Part shown: positions 22,101 through 35,600 of the stretch, in pieces
How the letters are laid out: every line of letters starts with the position of its first letter
How positions within the stretch are numbered: the stretch's first letter is position 1
NCBI RefSeq assembly: GCF_002571385.2
Contig: NW_019217897.1
Coordinates: forward strand, 490,793-554,792
DNA: 64,000 nt
Reading direction: 5' to 3'
Origin: Stylophora pistillata
Taxonomy: Eukaryota
Position numbers and translations under genes: made by a program
The notes under the pieces: generated by a model
Seen by the model: only the letters and a program-made list of their open reading frames with translations
Database searches by the model: none
What the model was told of the DNA's origin: nothing

Positions 22101-25100
22101 TAACTGCCTCTGATCTTCTTCCTGCTTCTATCACACACTCGCCTTCCACACAAATACCAGATACTTCTCATACAAGGAGAGTATCAGACACCTCTTACAC
22201 ATTAACAACTTCAGTCGGTGATCGAGATGAAACCACTTACATCCCGAGATCTTCAGACTACAAAACTGATATTCCTTCTTCAAAAACCGTGAGATCGACC
22301 ACAGACCCTTCTTTCACAACAACCAGTGAATCAACCAATGTCCAATTTGAAACAAGTACCTCGATGCCTCCCTTATCCTACAGTACTGAGAGATCACCAG
22401 ATGTATTTCACTTAACAACGAAAAAATCAACGGATAGTCCAGATGGACCTCTTACCGCCGATGTACAAGTACCAACTACTTCTTACAATTTGACGGGTAC
22501 CTCTACTGCTGGCAAAGATGAAGCAACCACTTTCACTGATCTATCAGTTATTAGAACGGAAATGCCAGCTGCTAAGAAAGAAATAACAATAGCACCTAGA
22601 ACGGATGCAACTTCTGTAGATGGTCAAGATGAAACAACCACTGCTTTTCCTTCTTCAGCCTATCGCAGCAGCATTCCGCCCTTCAAAACCGGAATAACTG
22701 GCGCTGCAGATGAAAAAAGGAACACTGTACCTCCTACGACGTACAGTTCCAACCAAGTAGCCCCAGAATACACCAAACAGTTACCAGATGGAACAGACAC
22801 AACATCTGTCGATGGTCAAGATGAAACAACCACTGCCTTCCCTTCTTCAGCCTACCGCAGCGGCATTCCACCCTCCAAAACCGGAATAACTGGCACTGTA
22901 GATGAGGAAAGGAACACTGTACCTCCTACGACGCACAGTTCCAACCAAGTAGCCCCAGAGTACACCAAACAGATACCAGATAGAACAGACACAACATCTG
23001 TCGATAATCAAGATGAAACAACCACTGCCTTTTCTTCCTCACCTTATGGCAGCAGCATTCCACCCTTGGAAACCGGAATAACTGACACAGTAGATGAAAC
23101 AAGCACCACTGTGCCCCCTACGACGTACAGTTCTAACCGGATAGCCCCAGAATACACCAAACAGGTACCAGATAGAAGAGACACAACATCTGTCGATGGT
23201 CAAGATGAAACAACCACTGCCTTTCCCTCTTCAGCCTATAGCAGCAGTATTCCACCCTCGAAAACTGGAATAACTGACACAGTAGATAAAACAAGCACCA
23301 CTGCACCCCCTACGACATACAGTTCTAACCAGGTGGCCCCAGAATACACCAAACAGGCACCAGATAGAACAGACACAACATCTATCGAAGGTCAAAATGA
23401 AACAACTACTGCCTTTCCTTCTTCAGCCTATAGCAGTAGCATTCCACCCTCGCAAACCGGAATAACTGACACAGTAGATGAAACAAGCACCACTGTACCT
23501 CCTACGACATACATTTCTAATCAGATAGTCCCAGAATACACCAAACAGGTACCAGGTACATCTTACACAGAAAGAGGTGTACCTACTGATAGCGTAAATG
23601 TCAAAATCATGACTGTAGTTCCATCATCCTATATAAGGGAAGGACCAACAACAGACTCTGTAACAACCAAGTCGAGTACGTCTTATTCGAGTACAACACC
23701 GGTCCCTGGTGAAGATGGAACAGCCACTAACGTGTATCCTACACCCCACAGTACTGCTGGACCTTCCTCGAAAACGACAAGAAAGAAACCAAGCACGTCA
23801 CCTTCAGACGTGGTGTTAGTCGATCGCGGAGATGGCTCGACCACCAAGCTTCCTTCTTCAGGTTATAGTACTGACACGACTACCTTGACAAATGAAAAAT
23901 CAACGATGCCTGATACATTTTACACCCCAACGAAATCGTCAACAGGTCAAATCGATGGTGGGGATGAAGTGACAACTGCTGCACCTGCTTCATACCACAG
24001 TACCGATAGAGTCACTCGGAAAACGGTGTCAGCTATCTCCGGCGAATCCCACACGAAAACAGTGGTAGCCACCACTAGTTACGGAAAAAAAACCGATGGA
24101 ACGGGGAAACCAACCTCAGAATCCGTATCGACCTTATCTGTTGCCTCCTCTACAGGTCAAACATCGGTCGATGGTGATGATGGAATAACCACTGAAATCC
24201 CTCCTTCAGCATACAGTACCGTTGAGACTACCCCGAGAACAGATGGGGTAGTAACGGTCGATCGCGAAGATATATTGATCAGTACTGTCCCTCCTTCAGG
24301 CTACAGTACTGACACAAATATCATGACAACCGTAGCAACGATACCAGCAACATTTCATTCATCAATGAAAGTGCCGACCGACCAGACCGGCACTAGCGAT
24401 GAAAGAACCACCACTGCGCCCTCCACATCCCGCAGTACTGAGACAACGATGGCACCTACCACTGGTGACGAAACAGCAGCATACGTAGCAGAGAAGCAGA
24501 CCTCAGAAACCCTGACAACATTATCAAGTGTGTCTTACGCAAGCGCACCACCTGTCTATGGTGAGGGTGAAACAAACACTGGCGAGCCTTCTTCTGGCTA
24601 CGGTGCTGATGGGACTACCACGACAGTAGCTAAGCTGCCAAGCTCTCGCACAACGGCGACAGCAACTGCAGAGGCATCGAAAACGAAAAAGATAATGGCC
24701 ATCATAGGTAACGAGGAAACAACCAAGGCTGTGCCTAACGTGACTTACAGCAGAAACAGCCCTTCCTTTACAACAGTGTCGACAATCACGAATATATTAC
24801 AAACAAAATCAAGGGTACTGACAGGAACAAATGATTTTATCACCACATCTGTGCCTTCGACAGCCTACGGTACTTCGACGGCTACTACGGAATCCACATC
24901 GTCTACCGCGACATCGACAAGAGAACCGACGTCGCAAAAAACAACACAAGGTTCGTGTTTATTTAAATACAAAAAAAGACACTCACTCAACGACATTATG
25001 AATTATCGTATTGCTTACCAGGTTATTTAATGGCTCTGTACCGTTTACTCCTTTAATTTTGTGCACTTCAGGTGTTTCCAATCTTAAAGTTACCCTTTTT

Positions 25101-26579
25101 ACAGGTGATGTTTCAGAGATTAAGATTCTTTTCCATGAAATAGTGTCTTTTAACGACCACAATAACTTGTAGAGTCGGCGAAGATTTTTATCCAGCAAAT
25201 AACATGTTCGCCACTTAGTGTTGTACATCCCGTTGCTTGTGTAATGACGATGGGACTGTGCGTTGCGCTCCACTCTCTATCGATGATTTTCTTATTTTTG
25301 AAGATAACGAAAGAGAGTTAGTGTCCCGTGCACTGGTGGAAAACAATAATTCTACTTATGAAAAGAAAATATTCATATTAACATGATAACTTCTGTACAT
25401 GACACACAAGCAGATCCCTCTCCTTTTAACATCGCTGAAATGTTAGATTCACTGATCATTATGATGCAATGATCTCTTAGATATAACACCCTCAACCCCT
25501 GTAACTCAGCCCACAGCCTCTCCACCTTCCATGGTTGGGAAAGGAACAGAAGCAGTACGGATCATGGTATGGATTATATAAAAAAGTTTGTAGTGCATTC
25601 GAACTACAAGGCTAATTCTAGAAAATCGTTCAGGTGACTTCAATCATCCATGGCGCTTGAGAACCCAAGTAGATATCATCTGGAGAATCAAGTGAAAGTA
25701 ATGCTCAGCTGATGCGTTTAGATCAGGCAAAGTTTGAGTGATTGCAAAATAAACAGGGAAAGAGAGTTCGTGCATGATAAATGAATAATTTTTCTTTCCA
25801 ATATTTCACTTAAAGGGAAGAGATGGAAGCGTAATTGTCTATCATGGAATCCAACCGGGCTCTGGGAATGACAAGGCTACTATTGAGATCAAGCTCACTG
25901 AGGTATGAACAGTTATACTGAAATTAGAAGATATTTTTATCTAAATCATTTTACTAGTGGAGTAAGTCGTTGTGCAAGAACATTTGACCATATTTTTAAT
26001 TACCTCGCGGATTAAGGATAGATTGTTTATTCCGCTCTTTCTTAGGAGGGATGGCGTTCAACTGATGGAGTGCCAGCCTCCAGGGAAAGTTTCATGAGGG
26101 TATTGTCAGATGTTCAGGGAATATTCATAAGGGCCTCTTATGACCATCGACGCTCCACTTTAGTCGAGTCAGTTAGGTACGTGATTACTTCGTTGTGACT
26201 ACAACGGGAGATATCTATTTATTTAAGAGTCTAACGCTGACGTCTTTTTACTCTTTGGCAAGCATTAAAGATGTCTCTCTCGATGTGGGATCTCAAGAAG
26301 ACGCAGGCCACGGCAAAGCGTTATTGGTAGAGAAGTGCGAATGCGCAGAAGGCTACGATGGACTTTCCTGCGAAGTAAGTTATCGATCCAGTTTTCATTT
26401 TATCTATGAAGCAAGGAATCAAAATTTGTATAAAGCAATCCCCACCTAGTCCCTAGTCGCAGCTATCTTTAAATTCGCTCTGACGAAGGGCTAACGCTCA
26501 AAACGTCAACTTTTTAACTCTTTATGGTGGCCAATTTACAATTTCAACTTAGGTAATATTTCCAAATTACCTTGTTACC

Positions 26580-26618
<39 letters not shown>

Positions 26619-29600
26619 ACCTTTATCCTTAAATAGTTTAACCTTCGCGCGGGTTATGCAAGTGACAAACTGTTCGCTCGAATTCACAAGTGATCACAAG
26701 TGACGTTACGTTTTATGCTGTTTTGCCGTAGTCCCAAATCGTCAAGCAAAGGTCTACTTTCATCGTTTTATTCTTATTTCCTATTTTATTCCTACGTTAT
26801 TTACAATTTTGTAGGTAGTTGTTCCATTCTTCATACGCGATTTTTGTAACATTTATTATAGAAACCACCGGTAATGACGCGTATAGTTTAGAGTTTAAAT
26901 CCAGAATTAAACTCCTTTACGTCTTGAGATTGTTTATAGTGCGTTGGTTATAGAATGCTTTTAAGTTAATGCAGAATTAAAGTTCTGCATTAATTTAGAT
27001 ATTGGGATATGAATCACCCTGCGTGGCTAGCGCAGATTTTTTTCAACGCTATTCTTCAGTTTGTTTTTCTGAAAAAGAACGCGATGAGTAATACTTTGCA
27101 AAGTTTTGAATGAACCCGTTTCGTCTGCCATTCTACAAAAGGAACTGCGATGAGGATTCAGAGGTGTTTAATGCTTTAAAGGGTAACCAGAAGAGATGCT
27201 TATTCCGGCGAAAAGACGGCTTACTAAAGAGTGTTGCTTCTTAAAAACGCACCAAGGGACAAAATACGATACATTATTTTTCTCCTGAGTTTTTTTTGTT
27301 ACTTCATTTGCACTTATTTTGTGCTAAACCTAAGATATTATAGCCTTTTAGTTGTAAGAAAATTATATCCAGAAACGCAACGTCATACCAAGAAAATTTA
27401 TAGCGATTTCCTTGTTGGAAATAAGCTTATAACAAACTTGAATTCTCGGACGGGTGCTTCTGAGAGGGGCATGTAACAGGTTGGTTTCACACCAGTTGAC
27501 AGTTGACCTGGTCAAAATCGTTGCTCTTACTCCTCCTCTTCATAATGGTTTCTTTTTATAGTATTGTTCCCCAGGCTACACGCGGACTAGTGATGGACTT
27601 AATTGTACGAAGTGTTCTTGTAATGGACATTCAGATGTTTGTGACCAGGAAAACGGCACTTGCATCGTAAGTTACTTTGTTTCCTCTAGAGTCTCCGTTG
27701 TAATCTATTATCGAGATTTTAAATATGTTTGGGCCATCTGAAGTGTGCTTTTTGTGTTAGAGATTATTAGTAATCATCAAGATCACACAAAGACTAACGA
27801 GAATAAATTTTTATTAACTTCAAACGATAGTTATTTGAGTCTACGCTGTTATGCATTCCCTGATTGGCCTTTTGCCACTATTTTCGTTTCTCAATGATCT
27901 CACGGCCAAATTTTCCATTCAGGACTGCCGTTACAACACCGAAGGGTCGAACTGTGAAAGGTGTCGACCGGGTTACTTTGGAAACGCCTTGACAGGAACG
28001 TCCACTGACTGCAAGCCATGCCCTTGCCCGCTGACCATATCTCCAAACCAGTACGTCACCATTTTTTTTCCTTCAATTTTCATATATCCTCTGTCTCACG
28101 TGGTATTGTATGAGCCAATGCGAAATACCAACATGCGACGAACGCAGCAACATATGATAAACAGCAAATTTCGTCTATTCTAGTGGAACTTTTGCTCGGT
28201 TCTTGCAGAAGTGAAATAACTTGGTCACGATTTGGTCTACATCTTCGTGATGTGGCCGTTTGTAGTATGAAAATACTGAACGAATATCTTTCACTAGCGT
28301 ATGTCTATAGAAGCTGACGTTTCGTCTAAACCTCCTGATACCTGTTTTCCAGGTTTAGTCCAACTTGTTTCTTGGACAGCGACGGTCTTCCAACCTGTGA
28401 CGCATGTCCTGTAGGATATTCTGGACGAAATTGCGAGATGTAAGTGTCATGTGTTCAGCGGTGCCTCTGGGGACTCACAACTCAATCAAAGTGCGAGGAA
28501 CGCCCTTCGTGCAGTTTCTTCGTTTATTCCTGATGCGCTTCAAAATCTATTAAATTGTATTGTAATTTTTATGCGTTTGATAAACAGTCGATCGCACAAC
28601 TTTAGCCAGTTTTCATTCATTATATGAAACTTGAGAAGTTTTAATGAAATCCGCGTACTTTGTACTTACTTATAGATGTGCAATGAACTACACAGGAGAT
28701 CCCATGATACATTATTCCAGATGTGAAATAGCAGGTAACGCCCGAATTTATCTGTTCTTCAGCACCATAAATGTTTTGAATAAGTGAGAACAGAGATATT
28801 GTAAACATAGTTGCTATGTAAAAGGTGGTTCTTAGGCTGACGATGCAACTCGTCGAAGGAGCTTTTGTAACCTATTCACCCTTGTACTTAGGTCAAATTG
28901 ATTTTTTTTGTTCTATATTTTTTCAATTCTGTTTCATTTTCTTTACTCTCACTTTTCTTTTTCTCTGCTGATGCCAAATCAGCCAATTAAGATTTATTAA
29001 TTTTCATGACCAGTTTAGTGACATACTACAACCATTATTATCCTTTTCCGCTACTTCTTCATGTAGCACCAGTAGAGTGCGACACTCGCGGCAGTTTAAA
29101 CCCTGGCTCTGACGCTCGGAAATGTCTGTGCAAGGTAAAAACGTAATGTCTCTGCATTTTTCGCCTACTGTTTTTTTCATGTTTTAGGTTGAGATCATGT
29201 TGAAAGTTCCCAAAAATTTGTATTTTTAGTAATACTTTTTTGGGCCTATTTCTAATTCCCCGCATTCATATGAATCTCGACTACTCAATTGTCGGAATTA
29301 AATGTCCAGTTTTGTGATGTTTTATCCTATGTGTGGAGCGGCATTTTTAGGTTTCTTAAGGATTTCCATTCCATTTGCGGTGAAGAGAAACTTTACAAAA
29401 TAGATAAGTTTTCAAAGTTTCAGAGAGTCCTTAAGTGAGTCTTAACTCGATCCTTCTTTACGTAAACTATGACTCCTGATAACACGAGCGTTCTCTTCAT
29501 TTGAAAAGTGTTTATGAAAGCTATCCTTCTGCATCGTTTACAGTTATAGCTAAACGTCCGTGGTGATGCCTGTGACACTTGTAAACCAGGTTCTTTCAAT

Positions 29601-32600
29601 TTACAAGAGGATAATCTCGATGGCTGTACACCATGTTTTTGCAGTGGAGTTTCTGACAGCTGCGAAGGTGCTAAGCTAAACAAAACTCAGGTTAGCAACA
29701 AATGCATCCATTGTTATTGAGGAATTGAAGACAAAATCGAATATTAGAGTTTCAGTGGTTTTGAGGGTTGAGGCTTTAATTCTGAAGGAGTCGTAGGAGT
29801 GCACAGAACTCCTTTAAACTACAATAATGTGTATTCTATAAAGTAAAAACTATTACAACATATAGCATATACTGAAAAAAACGAAAGGATGTACTTTTAC
29901 GTTCGTATAGATTATGATGTGACTACTCATTACTGCTATATTGTTGCAGCATCCAATTCGTTAAAACGATTTCCTGCAACGCAACTTAATTGAATCACTG
30001 TCGTATTAATACAGTGATAAACGTCCTCTTTTTTTAGATACGTACTACATTCTCTGTGGATGAGCTGAAAAATTTTACTCTGGTCACATCAGACCGTACC
30101 CCAGTAAACTCTTCAGATCTCTTTGTTAATCCCCTGACGAAGGAACTGACTTTTCAGTCTTTTGTGGAGGAGGGTATTCAGGGGGAGATTTTATACTGGA
30201 AACTGCCTCGAACATACACTGGGAATAAGGTAAGTTAAGAAAGACTTTAAAACGCGGGCGTGAACGAAATTTAAAGTTTTTCTCATATTTCTGTTTACAG
30301 CTTACGTCATATGGAGGTTTTTTTAGCTTTGTTGTCTCGCACGAGGCTAGTTCTGATGGAAAAACACTGTACGCGCCAGATATCATCTTAATTGTGAGTA
30401 CGACCAATAAGTAAAACAGACTAGGCCATCTACCCAGAAATTCATAGCCTCCCAGTCAAAATTATGACTTTGGAATGTCATTAATTTTTTTTTGTTTTTT
30501 GTTTTTTGTTTTTTTTGTTTTTTTGTTTTTTTGTTTTTTTATCTAGGGGACAGACATAACACTTCATCACTACAAAAGAAGTCCTACAGGAAACAACCGG
30601 GAAGGAGGTTACCAAGTCATGTTTGAAGAGGTTTAAGGCTCAATTCTTTTACTATCTCCTGAAGGTCACTTTAATTTACTTGATACGGAAATAAAAAAAA
30701 GGATTTCTGACATTAAATCTCACTCTTTCAGAACTCCTGGACTGACAGCACCAATAGAGAAATATCACGAGACCAAGTTATGAAGGCTTTGCACCATATC
30801 GAGGCACTTTTGATCAGAGCTTCTTATACTACTGGGATGCTTCAGACAACGTATGATCAACAAAATACTTTTCTATCCATTAGTTATTCGTTTGTTTTTG
30901 CACTAATTGCCCTTTCAAGCCTCTTTAGCAAGTGAAAATTAACAATTTGGCTTAAAAAAGTTCAATTTGCGTTTACTTATGGAAATAACGGTTTTGTGTG
31001 AGCTGTTCTTTCGAAAAACATTTCCATTTTCATTAGTTGTTAAATATTTGATCCAAACTTGTAGAAAATTTGGATGGTGGTAGAAACATGCTTCCATGAA
31101 ACACTTTGTTGTGAATAACACGAGTATCCTTTCCCATTCCTGATTTCCCATCCTCTGAAAGAGCCACCTGTAGAACTTTTAGGAACACAAATCAACTCCA
31201 GACCCTAATTTCAATTTGATATCCTGTCTCTTTTCTTGGTTTGTGTATGTGTTCTTTGCTTTCTTTCGCCCCAGCCTTCGGGAAGTTTCCATGGACACTG
31301 CAACTAATGCGGTCACTAATCAGCCTCGTGTTAGCTCGGTTGAGCGATGCGCATGTCCAGCAGAGTACCAAGGTTTATCTTGTGAGGTAAGTTCGACTCA
31401 CCTTGATAACATCCCTTTCAGAAAACTGGTCACACAATCCTTGATGTTTCCTTTGAATTCTCATCAATAGCATATTTGTACACCACGTTAATTTTTTTGT
31501 CGTGAAAACGTTACAAATTTGTCTTCCTTTTCAAAAAAGATAAACCCGAAAAAATAATTTAGCATTCAATGATACTCGCACTCCGAGTTCGATGGATAAG
31601 TTGCTGCCTTGTTGCAGCCTTGTTACTGTTTTGTCACTAAAAACTGTCTATTCAGTGATAACTATTCTTTCTTACGTTCGCCAGTCTTGTAAAGCAGGTT
31701 ACTATCGATCACGTGGTGATCCACACTTTGGCGACTGCATTAAGTGTGACTGTAACGGGCACTCTCGCGATGAGTACTGTGATCCTGAAACAGGAGAATG
31801 CAAGGTAAGCCAGTCCAATATATCATGTGGCCTCATGATTACCCAGAGGCTGGACATATTACTTTTCTTGATGTTTACTTCAATAGAATTGCCAGCACAA
31901 CACAGAAGGGTTTCGCTGTGATAAGTGCGTGACTGGTTTCTATGGAAACGCAACAATTGGCCAACCATCAGATTGTAAGCCTTGTCCTTGCCCCATGACA
32001 TCACCACCAAACAGGTAAGAAGGGTGAAATTAATAGAACTTCTCATGAAACTTGATCCCTTGATAACTTGTGCGCCGTGCTGGCTCGAAACAATTTCGAC
32101 CTCTCCGAAACTTCCGGCATACATTTACGGAATTACCCACCGAAACTCGAAACTCTCGATAATTCATAAAGGGGGTAAGTCTCTAAAGAAACCGTGGTGT
32201 TGGTGTTGATAATGTAAATTGGCCACCGTAAAAGTTTAATAACTAAACCTTTACGCTAGCCAATTTACATTATCAATTTAGTTGATAAAGCCAAATCATC
32301 TCGATAATTCAGTTCATGTTTCTCTTCAGTCATTAAGAAATCCTTTATAACTCGCACCAGGTTTGTCCTTTCGAGTCAAAACAAACAGAATTGTAATCTA
32401 AAACATTAAAAGATATTTTTAGCAGCTGTGCATTTTTTCTTTACTTTACATATTGAACATTTTTATTGTCTTTGAATTCTCTTCCAGGTTCAGTCCTACA
32501 TGTTTCATGGCAGAGGATGGAGAACCGACCTGCGATGCATGTCCACCAGGATATGGGGGTAGAAACTGCGACAGGTGTGTTAAAGAAGAAAAAAGTTCTT

Positions 32601-35600
32601 ATACTTGCCCTTATATCACTTGTAACTTCTCATGAAGACTCACCTCTCCAAACTCGTGCTAATACTGGATGAAGGTTAAGATTGACATTTTGTTATTGTG
32701 TTCAGGATTGAGAAGTATTAGCGAATGTTACTTTATGAATTAATGCAAGTCCACTAACGACGTCACTTGCCTGCGTTTTAACACCGTTGCTTCCCAGCAT
32801 TCTTCAATCAATTCTGGTCAGTAATGTTCGTGCTCCGTACATAAATTTACTTTCTTCAATGCACAGTGAGCTCTTTTCCAACCATTCCTCGTGTCCAATC
32901 TTCGATCCTGTCCATCTCCCGAACAGTGTCTCGTTATCGAGCTAATGAACAGTTGACAGTTAATAAGAAGACATTCATAGTAAACATATTCACATTATTT
33001 CAAGGTGCGTTAAACCTTATGTTGGTAATCCAACCGAGCCAGGAGAAAAATGTAACTTAGGTGAGAATTTAACAGATGTTTATTTTTTTTTAAGTTTTCC
33101 TATATCAGATAGAATTGTTAAACATGGAATTTTTTAACTAAATGTATATTTTAAGACAAAAAATGGTCAACTGACAAGCTGTTTTACCATCTGCAAAGTT
33201 GATGCAACATTAAAACGATTGGTATATTTGCCTCAAACATATTTTTTAAGTATACCACATCATTAGGGATATTCAAGGCTTAAATTTGTTTAATTCCAAT
33301 AATGACCAGAAAGGCACCCTTATCATACTGAATCAGTGATTGTTATCATTTCAATTAGGAATTCACTCTCACCTTTTTTTTATTTTATTTTGTTTTGCTT
33401 TGCTTTTGTTGTTGTTGTTGTTGTTACAAATTTAGAGGTCGACTGTCTATGTGATGTTCGTGGCTCGATCAACAGTTCTTGTGATCCTATTACCTCGCAA
33501 TGCTTTTGCAAGGTGGGTGATAGAAAAAACAAATCCTATTTAAGGCAACCCGCGTAGTGAGCGGTTTTGTGTGTGTCCCTAAAAACAATGAGCGACCAAG
33601 CGGCCAGCGGAAAAATATGCTACCTCTCTTTTCCGTCTCAAGCCTCTCCCGGCTTTGCCCCTTGATCACGGCCACGCCGCTTGACGCTTTAACTGTGGTA
33701 TACCGAGTCTTGCAAGATATGACCATGTGTTGGGGGAAAAGAATGGGTGTAAGGAACAAAATAAGCCTTACCACTACAGAAAATCAAAACAGGTGTGTTC
33801 TTTATTTCGAGACGGACTTCGTTTGGCTGAGTCACGACTTCATGATGTCATAAGGGCACACGCTAGTGCTGAGAAGACGACACGACCCGTTCAACTTCAT
33901 ATTTCACTTTTTAGCAGGATACTGTTACATTTGGCACGCGACTTGCGTCCGAAGTTATAGTGGTCAGTTTAGCAAGTGGTGATATGCTCTGTTGACCTAT
34001 AATATCGAATAATATTTTTGAAGTGTCTCAATGACGCTCGCGCACTTTTTAATTCAGCGCGTTGTTTTACTGTTCGAGTGTTGTGTCGGGAATTTCACCA
34101 AAAAAAAAGAGGTAGTGAAATTTCTAATGAACTCATCTCTTTCCCATTCTATCGGCCCTTTCTTAGCATGTCAGTGTATTTTCAAATTTTTGATTTCTGG
34201 TGACACACCTTCTTAAATTGGAATCATTCATGCGGCGTTTAAAACCGTTAGAAGTAATTTTTTCAAGCCTTGTTTCCACTACTACATAAGTAGGGTTTAT
34301 TACTGCGAGGATCGCTTTCATACATTCCGTTAGAAGGGTGTTAGAAGAATAATTTATATAGACTTTTATTTTAACTAAAAAGTTTCGCGTGCTGAGCATT
34401 TGTTACCCACTGCAGACCTCCTAAACCTAACTCCATTTCTCATCTGTAGTATACATTTTTTTTTCTGTTCAATTGAATAGCGCCAAATATAGATTGCTCT
34501 TTTCCTTTTCTTTTTCGATCTCCCTGTGTATGGGGCTTTCCGTCCATCTAAAAAGCGTTCTTTTTGTGATTGACGATACGAAGTTTAAAAAATTAATGTA
34601 ACACGAGCTACCAGTCTTCAAGACGTTTTTTTTCGACCAGATAACCGTGACTCGCTCGTCAAAAGGACTTTCGAGAAATTAGCATTTCGGACAGTGTGTA
34701 AAGTTCGTCTCCCATACAGACATCCTTGTTATCGCATCCTTTGCTGTGTGGAGGGTAATTTGCTTCTTCCGTACTTGATAATCTTTGAAAGGTAGATATA
34801 GCAGTAAGTAAATAATCTGGGCTCAGTTTTGTTGGTTGAAGTTCAGATTTCTTATGTTACGCTGCAGTTAACTTTCATCCAAGACGTGACCCGAGGAAGT
34901 TGTAGACGCAAAAAACGGTATCTCAGGGATCTTTTTAAACCTATTATCGTCATTATGTACCATTAAATGGGTATTTCTTATCCACAGCACAAATGTTTTA
35001 CGTTTAATTGTATGCCTGTTATTTCTTCCAATTAGTAGTATCGTTTTGTTTATAATAACCGAAGATTTTAGCATTTGAGTTTCCTTTTCAGTATCCTTCA
35101 TTAAATGTTTTTCGCTATTTAAAAACGCTGTTCTACACAATAGCCTGTAATTTCGTTGACATTCATTTTCGTTCTAGCTAAGTTTTAGATAGCATACCTG
35201 GTCTGTAAGAAAAGCAACTCTAAAAGGTAGGCAAATATTGGTTTGTTGTAAGCAAAACAATGCATTGTCTTTCTTTTCAAATTGTCAATTTATAATGTGA
35301 TCACTTCAGTGAAAGCATGTTAGCTGTGATAAGATCGGATGAGAGCGAAATTCCACAGGAGCAACAAAAGTTGTCGTTCCCATGCATCGAGATATCAACT
35401 TCCTGAGAAACCGGACGTTCCCACGATCCTTGATTTGAAAAATGTCTTTTTTCGGCTGGGCCAAAACCTAACTATGTATACAACTTTTCGGGAGTGTAAA
35501 ACATTGTCTGGATTTTTGAATTCTTCAATCACTCTTTTTCGTGACCGAGGGTTAGGTTAGGAAGGCCATTGATAACCTTTCCATCATTAATTTGATCTAG

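Noticed and set aside
20561-25030. Stand-alone 1489-aa mucin gene
   Set aside because: There is no signal peptide, the frame extends upstream to a splice acceptor with a LamB motif, and a donor lies at 24951; it is an internal perlecan exon.
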